Part shown: positions 17,475-26,405 of the stretch, piece after piece | Layout: each line of letters opens with the position of its first letter | How positions within the stretch are numbered: position 1 is the stretch's first letter | IMG/VR virus record: IMGVR_UViG_3300037603_000018 | Span: 1 to 33,733 of that record | Direction: 5' to 3' (one strand) | DNA: 33,733 nt | DNA from: a virus | Lineage: Duplodnaviria; Caudoviricetes | Program-made: the position numbers and the translations under genes | The notes under the pieces: generated by a model | What the model was told of the DNA's origin: nothing | What the model saw: the letters and a program-made list of their open reading frames with translations, nothing else | The model's database searches: none

Positions 17475-19033
17475 TAGAGCAAATCAAAAAAAGAGACTAC
17501 CAGCAGTGGTTAGACTTTTGTACGCAAGTACAAAACAGCACTTCAGTCAAGCTCAACGAATCCAAACAAGACCAGAAAGCCCGGATTAAAGCCTGCTTAA
17601 AGGACTATAACCTATTCTTTAAGACCTACCTGTCTATTTACGCAGACCATGATTGCGCCCCTTTTCATATCAAGCTGGCAAAGGCCGTACTCAAAGACCC
17701 TAACTTCTTTGGTGTAGCTGAGTGGCCACGAGAGCATGCCAAGTCAGTACACATGAATATTGGCATTCCCATGTTCCTGATTGCTCATGGTGAGCTAACA
17801 GGGATGATACTTATGGGGAAAAATAACGATGATGCCAGTAACCTACTTGCCGATGTTCAGGCCCAACTAATGAGTAACGACCTCTTTGCAAATGATTTTG
17901 GCAAGCAGTACAGCTTTGGGAGTTGGGAAGAGGGTGATTTCACTACCAAGCAAGGTATTCGATTCCTTGCTGTTGGTCGTAACCAATCTCCCAGAGGAGC
18001 CCGAAAAAACGAAAAGCGTCCCAACTACGCCTCCATTGATGATATCGATGATGATGAATTGGTAGAAAACCCAAAGCGAGTCAAAAAGGTGGTTAAAAAT
18101 ATCCTGGGAGCCCTGTACTTTGCGCTCTCCATCAAGGGAGCTCGGGTAGTCATGGGAGGTAACCGGATTCATAATAATTCAGTCCTGGCAAACATTGTAG
18201 GTGATACCAAGCCGGGCAAAAAGAAACGCAAAGGCCTGTGGCATGACAAGCGTGTAGCCCTTACTGATATCAAATATAATGCTGAAGGCGAGATGATCAG
18301 TGGAAAACCTGTCTGGAACCGCTACACCTTTGAGGAACTAAAGCGCAAGATCATTAAAGCCGGGCATGTCCACAGTCAGCGTGAGTTCTTTCACAAGACC
18401 GAGATCGAAGGAAGCATTTTCAAAAACCGATACTTCAGGTTTGCCAAGATTCCAAACCTACGACTTATGCAGGTCATCATTGGTTATTTTGACCCAAGTT
18501 TTGAAAACAATCCCACCTCTGATTTTAAGTCTGCTCCGGTCTGGGCCCTTAGAGGACAAAAACGGTATTGCCTGGCTCGATTCTGCCGAAGATGCGAAAT
18601 AGAAGACGCCTTCGAATGGATGGTCCATTTTGAAAAGAAGTTACCTCTTGGGGTAGGTATGATTTGGTACGTAGAGAAACAATTCTATAACCGACCTATC
18701 ATCAACGCCAAAGCCAGAGTGGAGCGCAAAACAAAGCACCGCCTTAATGTCATTACTGATGAAAGAATCAAACCGGGCAAGTACACCCGAATAGTAAGAA
18801 TGGAGCCGGAGTACTCCTCAGGAAATGTCATTTACAATTTAGATGAAATTGAAGACACTGACATGATTGAAGGCAACAACCAGGTGAAGGGAATAGAACC
18901 AGGTTACAATTCTCCGGACGATGCCCCCGATAGTGATGAAGGCGCATGGTATTACCTCGACCAGCACATTACCGAAGACAATCCACCTCCGGCAGCAGGC
19001 AAAAGGGAGATTGACGAAACCAGACGTTACTAA
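17471..19033 (+). CDS. terL: Terminase large subunit
   Basis: Walker A variant WPREHAKS; RP..ASIDDIDD Walker B; nuclease motifs YFDPS and DDAPD. Confidence 0.9.
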   Translation: MIEQIKKRDYQQWLDFCTQVQNSTSVKLNESKQDQKARIKACLKDYNLFFKTYLSIYADHDCAPFHIKLAKAVLKDPNFFGVAEWPREHAKSVHMNIGIPMFLIAHGELTGMILMGKNNDDASNLLADVQAQLMSNDLFANDFGKQYSFGSWEEGDFTTKQGIRFLAVGRNQSPRGARKNEKRPNYASIDDIDDDELVENPKRVKKVVKNILGALYFALSIKGARVVMGGNRIHNNSVLANIVGDTKPGKKKRKGLWHDKRVALTDIKYNAEGEMISGKPVWNRYTFEELKRKIIKAGHVHSQREFFHKTEIEGSIFKNRYFRFAKIPNLRLMQVIIGYFDPSFENNPTSDFKSAPVWALRGQKRYCLARFCRRCEIEDAFEWMVHFEKKLPLGVGMIWYVEKQFYNRPIINAKARVERKTKHRLNVITDERIKPGKYTRIVRMEPEYSSGNVIYNLDEIEDTDMIEGNNQVKGIEPGYNSPDDAPDSDEGAWYYLDQHITEDNPPPAAGKREIDETRRY

Positions 19034-19043
19034 ATATTTCTAT

Positions 19044-19490
19044 ATGGCTTTTCTAAATATTAATGATTACAGCGTTCAAATCCGATCCTGGGTTACCAAT
19101 ATCATCACTGATGAAAATGAAGACATCCGTATCAAGTCGGAACTGATGGCGCAGGGTGAAATGGAATCTTACCTGCGGACAAGGTATGACACCACTTTGA
19201 TTTTCGATCCTGCCCTTTACGATGAAGACCAGACCCTAGACGAAAGGAACCAGACCATAGTCATGTACCTTATCGACATGGCCGTCTATCACCTTCATGC
19301 CAATATCTCCCCTGAGAGTGTTCCGGACATCAGGGAAACTAGGTACAAGGCAGCCATCAACTGGCTCAAGGATGTGAGTAAAGGCAACATTAATCCAAAC
19401 CTCCCTGAAAAGACCTCCGAAGACGGAGAAGCTGAATTAAACTCCCTTTTCAATGGTGGTAGCAATGATCCGGTTACGGATAGATACTAA
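19044..19490 (+). CDS. Mu gp36-like head-tail adaptor (DUF1320)
   Basis: SYLRTRYD, IDMAVYHL, RY..AI.WL..V..G...P.LP; ATG at 19044. Confidence 0.85.
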   Translation: MAFLNINDYSVQIRSWVTNIITDENEDIRIKSELMAQGEMESYLRTRYDTTLIFDPALYDEDQTLDERNQTIVMYLIDMAVYHLHANISPESVPDIRETRYKAAINWLKDVSKGNINPNLPEKTSEDGEAELNSLFNGGSNDPVTDRY

Positions 19491-19523
19491 AGAACGTTTA
19501 AGACCTATTTAAGAGCGCACACA

Positions 19524-22472
19524 ATGGACTTTAATAAAACAATCAAGGGATTATGGCCCCTTACGCTTTCGAAGCCTCTAAAGCCCGAAAAAGAAGAGTA
19601 TGACAATCTGGTAAAACAGATGGTTGCTATCATCAAACACCAGCGTTCCTTATACCGAAAGGAAATAGCCGACTGGAAGAAAGCCAGAGCCTGGGCACTC
19701 GATCCTGAGCAACCAAGGCGCAAGATGCTAATCGACCTTTACGAAGACATCATGACCGATGCCTTTATCTGGGGCCGATGGGATACACGGAGGCTTCGAA
19801 TCAGTAACAAGGGAATTGCCATCATCAATAAGAACGAGGAGATCGATAAGGACAAAACCGATATGCTCGAAAAGATGTGGTTCAATAAGTTCATCAAAGA
19901 TGCACTGGATTCAAAGGCTTTCGGTTACACTTTATTATATGTAGACCAGCTAAACCCTGATGGCACCATCAAAGCCATGAGCCATGTATACCGTGACCAC
20001 ATCGTACCGGAAACTAAAGAGATCCTGAAATTCTCCACTGACATATCAGGCACCCGGTTTGATGAGCCTCCGGTATCGGACTGGTGTGTATGGATAGACT
20101 CAGGTAATCTTGGTCTCTTGGATATGGCTGCACCACTTTGGATATTCAAAAAACACTCCTGGCAAAACTGGGATGAGTTCGAAGAGAAATTCGGCCTACC
20201 TATCAGGACGGTAAAAACTGCCCAGACTGATCCACGAGTACTTCGGGAAATTGACTCGTTCCTAAAAGACCTCGGTACCTCAGCCTGGGGAAGGTTCCCG
20301 GCCAATACCGAAATCGATATCAAAGAATCAAGCTCCAGAGACTCTTATAATGTATTCAACGAAAAGCGAAAGGCATGTAATGAAGAACTGGCCACGCTCA
20401 TTGATGGTCATTTCGAAACAGCCAAAGACACTGGCTCACGGGCAAAGGCAGGATCGATTATTGAAAGTACCCAAAAACTCATCACTCTCGATGATGAAAC
20501 TTTCGTCAAGTACCTCATGAACGAAAAGGTATTGCCTTTCCTTCGTGAAATGGGTTACCCGTTCTCTGAAGATGACAGATTCATCTGGAATGAAAACGAA
20601 CAGCAGTCACCTAAAGACCGCCTCGACATATTCAAAGGAGTGAAAGCCCTGGGTTACAAAGTCAAGAAAGAACAGATCGAAACCGAATTGGATGTGGAGA
20701 TAGAAGCAGAAATTTCACCACCGACACCACCTCCAGGAAGCCCTAAAGATTTCATCACGGGTTTTAAGTTGCCCCATGCCTCATGTGGGCATGGGGCCGT
20801 CCCGGACACGTACCGGATGATATTCGATATCAGCAATGCCACAATTGACCCCGATGAGGAAATGTTACTAAAGCAGCTGTACGCTTCCGGAGGCAATACC
20901 GACTGGTCATACAATGAGTTCAAGAAATCCCACACCAAGCTAATTGACGGGCTGAAGGGTTACGGGCAGATTGATTTTGATTTCGAATCTTCAGACCACC
21001 TCACAGTGCAAATGATGCGAGCCAATATCCACCGATTTGGTACAGACAAGACCCAAGCGCAATTATTCCAACTCAACCAGATCATCAAAAACCCAGAGGT
21101 CGACACCTTCGGAAAGTTTAGAGAACGGTCATTAAAGGTCTTCCCTAATTACAATGAACGCTGGCTGGAGACTGAATTTGATCAGGTACAAGCCACTTCA
21201 CAGATGGCAGCCAAGCAAAAGGAAATGATGGAAAACCAAGACATCGCTCCTTACTGGAGGCTTGTAGCTGTACTGGATGAGGGTACCACACTTATCTGTA
21301 GAAGCCTTGACGATAAGGTGTTTAGAAAGGACGATGCCGATGCCTGGCGTTTCCTTCCTCCCAATCATTGGCGATGCAGGTCAGATGCTGAAGATGTACT
21401 CGAGGATTACGATGGGGAAGTCTCCACCATGGCCGATGCCGTAGGTGCAGACCCGGACGGCTTTGAGCGCATGCAGCGTAGCGGACATGATGTCAACTGG
21501 GGAGATGAGAAGGCGGTTTTTTCCAAAACCCAAGGCTACCTGTCCAAATTTGACCTGGGAGAGATCGACACTTTCAATGCCTTTGACTTCCGAACCTTTG
21601 ACCTGAAGAGCCGGGCCAGCATGACCAATCTACCGGACATGCCAGCCATTGGGAGAGTCAGAAGGTTTACGGATCGATCAGGAGACTACCGTTTCCCCGA
21701 TCCCGAAGGCATGCCTGTATGGATGGAAAGAGACCAGGTAAGCGGGCCATTGCTCAGGGCTGCGGACGATGCCATCGGTAATGCAGATGAAGTATATTGG
21801 TTTCGGGCAGGTGACGCTGAGGTCAAAAGTTACTTCAGGCATTACAAGGAAGGTACTGTCCATACCCTTGTGGATTACAATGCTACCCAAAAAGCCACCG
21901 TCCAAAGCATGGAACTGATCAGCGACCCGGACAATGCCAGGCGTGGACTATTGGTATATAGCCCCGTGGAAAAGATCGCTTATAATAAGGCCAAATACAA
22001 TTCACTACCCCCTGAGGAAATCAAAGTATCCTTTAATGAGAAAACAGGGGCATTTATTAGCCGTCATATTGACCATGGTAAACATGAACTCCCAAAGAAC
22101 CTGTATACTGCAAATAAGCTTCAGGAGAGCGGGTATTCTTCTCAGCTTCTACCCAATCCAGATAATATAAAGTCTGCCGATGCATTGGTAAATGGTGTGA
22201 AGTGGGAATTTAAATTACTCACTGAGTATAAGAATTTAAGTGGAAGGGTTCGGGATTCTATAAGAGAGGCTTCCAGACAGAGCCAAAACATACTACTCCA
22301 TATCAACAATCAATATACCATAAAAGAAATTGTTGAAGGGCTGAACACAGCCGTAAGAAGGGATAAAAAGAAACGAATCCATTTCGTAGCCATTGCATTC
22401 AATGACAATCGAGTGTTTATCTTTTCCAGAAAGCAAATAGAAACGGGGGAATTCAGAAGGATATTAAACTAA
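19524..22472 (+). CDS. Portal (DUF935-like)-MuF minor head-PBECR-like-CdiA-CT/PD-(D/E)xK-like nuclease fusion, 982 aa
   Basis: Portal LGLL..A..W.FK..W..F.E.FG.P.R; Pro-rich linker; MuF WLETEF..PYW..V.D..PPNHWRCRS; ADEVYW..Y...Y..RRGLLVY; SADALVNGVKWEFK..Q. Confidence 0.85.
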   Translation: MDFNKTIKGLWPLTLSKPLKPEKEEYDNLVKQMVAIIKHQRSLYRKEIADWKKARAWALDPEQPRRKMLIDLYEDIMTDAFIWGRWDTRRLRISNKGIAIINKNEEIDKDKTDMLEKMWFNKFIKDALDSKAFGYTLLYVDQLNPDGTIKAMSHVYRDHIVPETKEILKFSTDISGTRFDEPPVSDWCVWIDSGNLGLLDMAAPLWIFKKHSWQNWDEFEEKFGLPIRTVKTAQTDPRVLREIDSFLKDLGTSAWGRFPANTEIDIKESSSRDSYNVFNEKRKACNEELATLIDGHFETAKDTGSRAKAGSIIESTQKLITLDDETFVKYLMNEKVLPFLREMGYPFSEDDRFIWNENEQQSPKDRLDIFKGVKALGYKVKKEQIETELDVEIEAEISPPTPPPGSPKDFITGFKLPHASCGHGAVPDTYRMIFDISNATIDPDEEMLLKQLYASGGNTDWSYNEFKKSHTKLIDGLKGYGQIDFDFESSDHLTVQMMRANIHRFGTDKTQAQLFQLNQIIKNPEVDTFGKFRERSLKVFPNYNERWLETEFDQVQATSQMAAKQKEMMENQDIAPYWRLVAVLDEGTTLICRSLDDKVFRKDDADAWRFLPPNHWRCRSDAEDVLEDYDGEVSTMADAVGADPDGFERMQRSGHDVNWGDEKAVFSKTQGYLSKFDLGEIDTFNAFDFRTFDLKSRASMTNLPDMPAIGRVRRFTDRSGDYRFPDPEGMPVWMERDQVSGPLLRAADDAIGNADEVYWFRAGDAEVKSYFRHYKEGTVHTLVDYNATQKATVQSMELISDPDNARRGLLVYSPVEKIAYNKAKYNSLPPEEIKVSFNEKTGAFISRHIDHGKHELPKNLYTANKLQESGYSSQLLPNPDNIKSADALVNGVKWEFKLLTEYKNLSGRVRDSIREASRQSQNILLHINNQYTIKEIVEGLNTAVRRDKKKRIHFVAIAFNDNRVFIFSRKQIETGEFRRILN
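20759..20797 (+). other. Programmed -1 frameshift cassette at the portal/MuF junction, leading to an immediate stop
   Basis: In-frame G_GGT_TTT (20759-20765); spacer AAGTT; perfect 10-bp stem GCCCCATGCC/GGCATGGGGC; -1 frame reads GGG TTT TAA. Confidence 0.75.
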
Positions 22473-22545
22473 AAAAATAAAGGAGGATAGCCAACAAGTG
22501 GCTAGAGCCTTCCTTTCTTGAGGGGGTCATCCTCAGACAACCATT
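22471..22545 (-). ncRNA. Candidate ~70-nt small RNA convergent with the toxin-domain gene
   Basis: Upstream TATATTTG box; hairpin UGAGG-AUGACCC-CCUCA; then terminator-like hairpin AAAGGAAGG..UAGCCA/UGGCUA..CCUCCUUU and a U tract. Confidence 0.5.
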
Positions 22546-22546
22546 A

Positions 22547-22577
22547 CAAATATAGCGCAAATCCATTAATTAAACAA
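22547..22577 (-). promoter_or_regulatory. Bacteroidota promoter TTG-N20-TATATTTG, antisense to the rightward late operon
   Basis: -7 box at 22547-22554; TTG at 22575-22577. Confidence 0.55.
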
Positions 22578-22578
22578 T

Positions 22579-24597
22579 ATGAAGGGATTAGATTATGCAT
22601 TAGGGCTTATTGACAAAGGTTTCATGGCAGGCATGAAGCAGGCCATTGGGTTGACCAAAACCCTCGACCATACCGTCAACAAGGTAAACCGACATGTAAG
22701 CGGTACTGGCAAAGCTGCCAAGTCTGGATTCAATGGCCTGTCCCAGACCATTAAAAAGACTAGTGAAGACATGAACGGCTTCACCTCGAAAGCCAAGAAA
22801 GGCATTGGAGGCATGAATGCCAGCTTGGAAAGCACCAAGAGAAAGCTTATAGATACAGGGGCCTCAGGCAGTAGAAGTATGAATGGACTGAATGGTACCA
22901 TCCGTACGGTTAGAAATTCCCTCGTTGGTCTTTTTGCTGTGGCTCAGATTAGCGCATTCACAGGCAGTGTTAAGACGGCCACCACCACTTTCGAAGGATT
23001 AGAGAATACCATTCGCTTTGCCTCAGGTAAGGAAGCCAATACCAATATGACTTTCCTTGATGATACTATCAAGCGACTGAATATGGATATGCAAGCCAGT
23101 TACAAGGGTTTCCAAACCATCTCCGGGGCCATGAAAGGAACAGCCCTGGAGGGGCAAGCCACAAGGGATATCTTCGAAGGCATAGCCACAGCCGGTACCA
23201 TCATGAACTTGAAAGCAGACCAAATGGAAGGAGCTTTATTAGCCGTCTCCCAAATGGCATCAAAAGGTAAGGTACAGGCTGAAGAACTCAGGGGACAACT
23301 TGGCGAAAGGTTACCGGGAGCCTTCAATATTGCAGCCAAATCCATGGGAGTTACCCAGGAGGAATTGAATAACATGCTGGACAAAGGACAAGTTTATGCA
23401 GAAGATTTCCTTCCTAAGTTTGCCAAAGAACTTAAGAATACTTTTCAAGATGGCCTTCCGGCAGCTGCCAATTCCATGCAGGCAGCCACCAACAAGCAAA
23501 ACAACGCTCTTACCAGCCTAAAACGAACACTGGGTGAATCCATGCGCCCGGCATTTATGATGTTTAGTGAAAACATGGCTGGTTTTTATAACTGGCTCAA
23601 TGGGGTCATTCCTTTACTTGAACCTGTGAGGAAGGCCATGGTAAACTTAGGTCAGGCCTTTATGCCAGTCATTACTGCCATCATGGGTATAGCAGCTGCC
23701 AGCGGTGGAGCCAGTGGTATAATAGACCAAATGGCTGGTGTGATCAATACCGCAGCTACGATCGTAGAAGTGCTGTCATATGGCATGGGCTTCCTCATAG
23801 AGAATTACAAAATTGTGATCCCGGCCATAGCCGGATACATCGCCATGCAAAAGCTTATGGCCTTGGTCCAGATGGCAGCAGCTGCCAAGACTACAGTGCT
23901 GGCCATAGCCACACAAGGGCTTAACGCTGCCTTTGCTGCTAACCCCATAGGGCTTACCATCTTGGCATTGGCTGCGCTTAGCGGAGCGGTGATTTATGCA
24001 TACAATAAAGTGTCCTGGTTTCGTGGGGGGATAATGGCTGCATGGGAAGTGATCAAGGGATTTGGTAATATCATCAAGGATTATGTCATTACCAGATTTC
24101 AAGAGCTACTCTCAGGGATCACAGGAATAGGTAAATCCCTCTACCACCTCTTTACCGGAGACTGGGCAAAAGCATGGGAGGCAGGCAAGAAAGCTGCAAA
24201 TGGCCTTATGGGTGGCAATGCCAAAAAGCAACTAATTCAGGATGCCCTGGACGTAGGAAAAAAAGCTGCCAACGCTTATAAGAAGGGAGCCAGTGAGGCT
24301 AGCATGGCCACCACTGCTGACGATTCAGCCAATGCCCTGGTGAGCAACGGCAGCCCAAACAGTAACAATATCACTGCACCCGGAGGAAGCCCCACAGGAA
24401 ATGGCCCTAGCACTTCTGTAGCTGCTGGCTCTGGCACCGGAGGCAATAGGGAGATTACTTTCAATATTCAATCGTTCGTCAAAGAGCTAACGATCCATAC
24501 CACCAACCTAAAGGAAAACCCTCAGGAGGTAAAAGCAATTATTGAACGCTTGTTTTTCGATATCCTGCGAGACCTTGAAACCAGAGTAGACCTATGA
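22579..24597 (+). CDS. Tail tape measure protein
   Basis: SQMASKGKVQAEELRGQLGERLPGA tape-measure N-terminal motif; Ala-rich hydrophobic segments; ANPIG and TGDW..AW repeats. Confidence 0.92.
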   Translation: MKGLDYALGLIDKGFMAGMKQAIGLTKTLDHTVNKVNRHVSGTGKAAKSGFNGLSQTIKKTSEDMNGFTSKAKKGIGGMNASLESTKRKLIDTGASGSRSMNGLNGTIRTVRNSLVGLFAVAQISAFTGSVKTATTTFEGLENTIRFASGKEANTNMTFLDDTIKRLNMDMQASYKGFQTISGAMKGTALEGQATRDIFEGIATAGTIMNLKADQMEGALLAVSQMASKGKVQAEELRGQLGERLPGAFNIAAKSMGVTQEELNNMLDKGQVYAEDFLPKFAKELKNTFQDGLPAAANSMQAATNKQNNALTSLKRTLGESMRPAFMMFSENMAGFYNWLNGVIPLLEPVRKAMVNLGQAFMPVITAIMGIAAASGGASGIIDQMAGVINTAATIVEVLSYGMGFLIENYKIVIPAIAGYIAMQKLMALVQMAAAAKTTVLAIATQGLNAAFAANPIGLTILALAALSGAVIYAYNKVSWFRGGIMAAWEVIKGFGNIIKDYVITRFQELLSGITGIGKSLYHLFTGDWAKAWEAGKKAANGLMGGNAKKQLIQDALDVGKKAANAYKKGASEASMATTADDSANALVSNGSPNSNNITAPGGSPTGNGPSTSVAAGSGTGGNREITFNIQSFVKELTIHTTNLKENPQEVKAIIERLFFDILRDLETRVDL

Positions 24598-25148
24598 TCA
24601 ACGACAATGCACCGGAATTTCTTCGCATAGCCAATGCCTACCAGAAGGCAAAGAAGGTGATCCCTCGCAAGATGGCCATCTATGCGGTTAACCATTTCAA
24701 AAGAAACTTTAGGCTCCAGGGATTTCAGGATGGCAGCCTAAAGAAATGGCCTGCAAGGGCTGGCAAGATACGTAAGGGAAACAATATACTTATCAAGTCA
24801 GGCAGGCTCAGGAGAGGCGTGAAGATACTTCGAACTTCAGGGAGCCGAACGGTAATAGGCGTGGGTGCAGAGATACCTTACGCACGCATTCACAATGAAG
24901 GCGGTAAGATCAAGATCACCGCCAAGATGCGCAGGTACTTCTTTGCCATGTATTACAGCATGGCAGAAAGGGACGAGGCGGGCAAAGTAATCTCCGAAAG
25001 CGATGAGGCCAAATTTTGGAAGATCATGGCCCTTACCAGGAAAACACATATCGATGTACCCAAGAGGCAATTCATCGGCCCCAGTATAGGACTTGAAAAA
25101 GGCCTCGACAAACTTGTCATTAAAGAACTTAAAATGATCATCCAATGA
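24594..25148 (+). CDS. Phage virion morphogenesis / tail completion protein (Mu gpG-like)
   Basis: KW..R, L..SGRLR, YARIHNEGG and P.RQFIG motifs. Confidence 0.85.
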   Translation: MINDNAPEFLRIANAYQKAKKVIPRKMAIYAVNHFKRNFRLQGFQDGSLKKWPARAGKIRKGNNILIKSGRLRRGVKILRTSGSRTVIGVGAEIPYARIHNEGGKIKITAKMRRYFFAMYYSMAERDEAGKVISESDEAKFWKIMALTRKTHIDVPKRQFIGPSIGLEKGLDKLVIKELKMIIQ

Positions 25149-25699
25149 GCGTAAAAGGAACCATTTATTTAGAAATATCCACCTACCTAAAACAACAAAT
25201 ACCCGAACTAAAGTGGGTAGACAAAGACCGTGGCCAGCTGGAGAACATCTCCAATTTCGTATTTCCACGGCCTGCCATATTCCTGTCCTTTATGCGTACG
25301 GAGTACGGCACCATTGGCAACAATAGCCAAAAAGGTGAAGGAGCAGTGAGGCTTAGAATAGCCTATGAAAACTATGCCGACAGCTTTACCGGATCAATCA
25401 ACCAGGACAAAGCCCTGGCATTCTTTGAATTCAATGAGAAAGTTTACGAAACCCTCCAGGGCTTGAGCGGTACCCACTTTTCCCCACTGGACCGGACAGC
25501 CGATGAGGATGATTTGGAGCATACCAATATCATAGTGACCATTCAAGAATACGCCTGCAACTTCGTGGATGATACAGCTGTCAAGAAAAAACAATTCATC
25601 CTTACCGATCCCGATGTAGAAGTAACGCACGTAAAAAAAGGGACGCTCCCCGATAGAACGCCCCTTGATGATGGTACCTTTGTAATAGCTGATTTCTGA
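25145..25699 (+). CDS. Mu gp37-like tail terminator/neck protein
   Basis: LKWVD.D.GQL..P.PA.F motif; follows the gpG-like gene. Confidence 0.65.
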   Translation: MSVKGTIYLEISTYLKQQIPELKWVDKDRGQLENISNFVFPRPAIFLSFMRTEYGTIGNNSQKGEGAVRLRIAYENYADSFTGSINQDKALAFFEFNEKVYETLQGLSGTHFSPLDRTADEDDLEHTNIIVTIQEYACNFVDDTAVKKKQFILTDPDVEVTHVKKGTLPDRTPLDDGTFVIADF

Positions 25700-25831
25700 A
25701 AAACAATGCTTGGCTAGGTTTCCATTTTGAGGTTACAGAGTAAGGGATCGAACCAACCATTAACCTACAACATCGCCCCACTGGATGTTTTCTCTATCTC
25801 AAATGACGGGTGTTAATAACACCGCCAAGCA
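25700..25831 (-). ncRNA. Candidate multibranch structured RNA containing a tRNA-like T-loop
   Basis: Closing stem TGCTTGGC/GCCAAGCA; hairpins GGTGTT/AACACC and AACATC/GATGTT; stem CATTTGAG/CTCAAAATG; GGTTCGATCCC; 3' T tract. Confidence 0.45.
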
Positions 25832-25867
25832 AAGTTTAATAGTAAACAAAATTCATTTAAACATCCC

Positions 25868-26062
25868 TTAAAGGTGTTTATAATATCCCGTTCGCCTTAC
25901 GATAAGCCAGATTGTTTCTTTCTCCAGAGGAAGACACTCCTCCTCTAGGAGCTGTAGCGCATACTCAGAGGAGTAGTGGCACCTTGCCGTAAGCTCCTCA
26001 TATCGCTTCCTTATTCGCTCATTGCGCCTGACTATCTTACTATTTGCTGTCTTTACTGCCAA
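25868..26062 (-). CDS. Mor/C-like HTH late transcription activator (putative)
   Basis: RNERIRKRY...L...L...TIW.IV pattern resembles the Mor/C C-terminal HTH; lies at the end of the early/middle region. Confidence 0.6.
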   Translation of the reverse strand: MAVKTANSKIVRRNERIRKRYEELTARCHYSSEYALQLLEEECLPLEKETIWLIVRRTGYYKHL

Positions 26063-26086
26063 TCGCTATTATTGCTTTGTTTCATC

Positions 26087-26094
26087 CAAAAATA
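26087..26094 (-). promoter_or_regulatory. -7 box TATTTTTG upstream of the Mor/C-like gene
   Basis: TAnnTTTG match 24 nt upstream of the start; AT-rich context lowers specificity. Confidence 0.35.
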
Positions 26095-26136
26095 AACAAT
26101 CCCATTTTATTTTGTAGGATTAATTTATTAGGGCAT

Positions 26137-26170
26137 AAAAATGCCCTGCTAAAATTGAATTTAGCAGGGC
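26137..26170 (-). terminator. Intrinsic terminator after the 71-aa ORF
   Basis: 11-bp inverted repeat GCCCTGCTAAA/TTTAGCAGGGC followed by ATTTTT on the minus strand. Confidence 0.65.
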
Positions 26171-26189
26171 TTAACTTAATCTGGTTAAC

Positions 26190-26405
26190 TTACTCCTTAC
26201 TAAACATTATAGAATTTAAACTATCTATGCTCTTATCAAGCTCTTTCACCATTTCGATTAATGCTTGCAACTTATCCTCAAGCATATCATTCCTTTGAAT
26301 ACCCAATGCGATAATCAGAGCAGTCTCCAAAGGTACCTTTTTTCTTTTCTGAATAGTTTCGGCCAGTTCTAAAATTTGATCAAGTAATTGTTCTTTATCA
26401 TTCAT
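26190..26405 (-). CDS. Hypothetical 71-aa helical protein (AT-rich cargo)
   Basis: Clean ORF with its own terminator, divergent from the protease gene. Confidence 0.6.
   Translation of the reverse strand: MNDKEQLLDQILELAETIQKRKKVPLETALIIALGIQRNDMLEDKLQALIEMVKELDKSIDSLNSIMFSKE

Noticed and set aside
18921-19043. Upstream extension of the gp36-like ORF
   Set aside because: Overlaps the terL 3' end; the family-like sequence begins at MAFL (19044)
25744-25754. GGTTCGATCCC as part of a true tRNA gene
   Set aside because: No 5-bp T stem, anticodon arm or acceptor stem can be built; kept only as a tRNA-like motif
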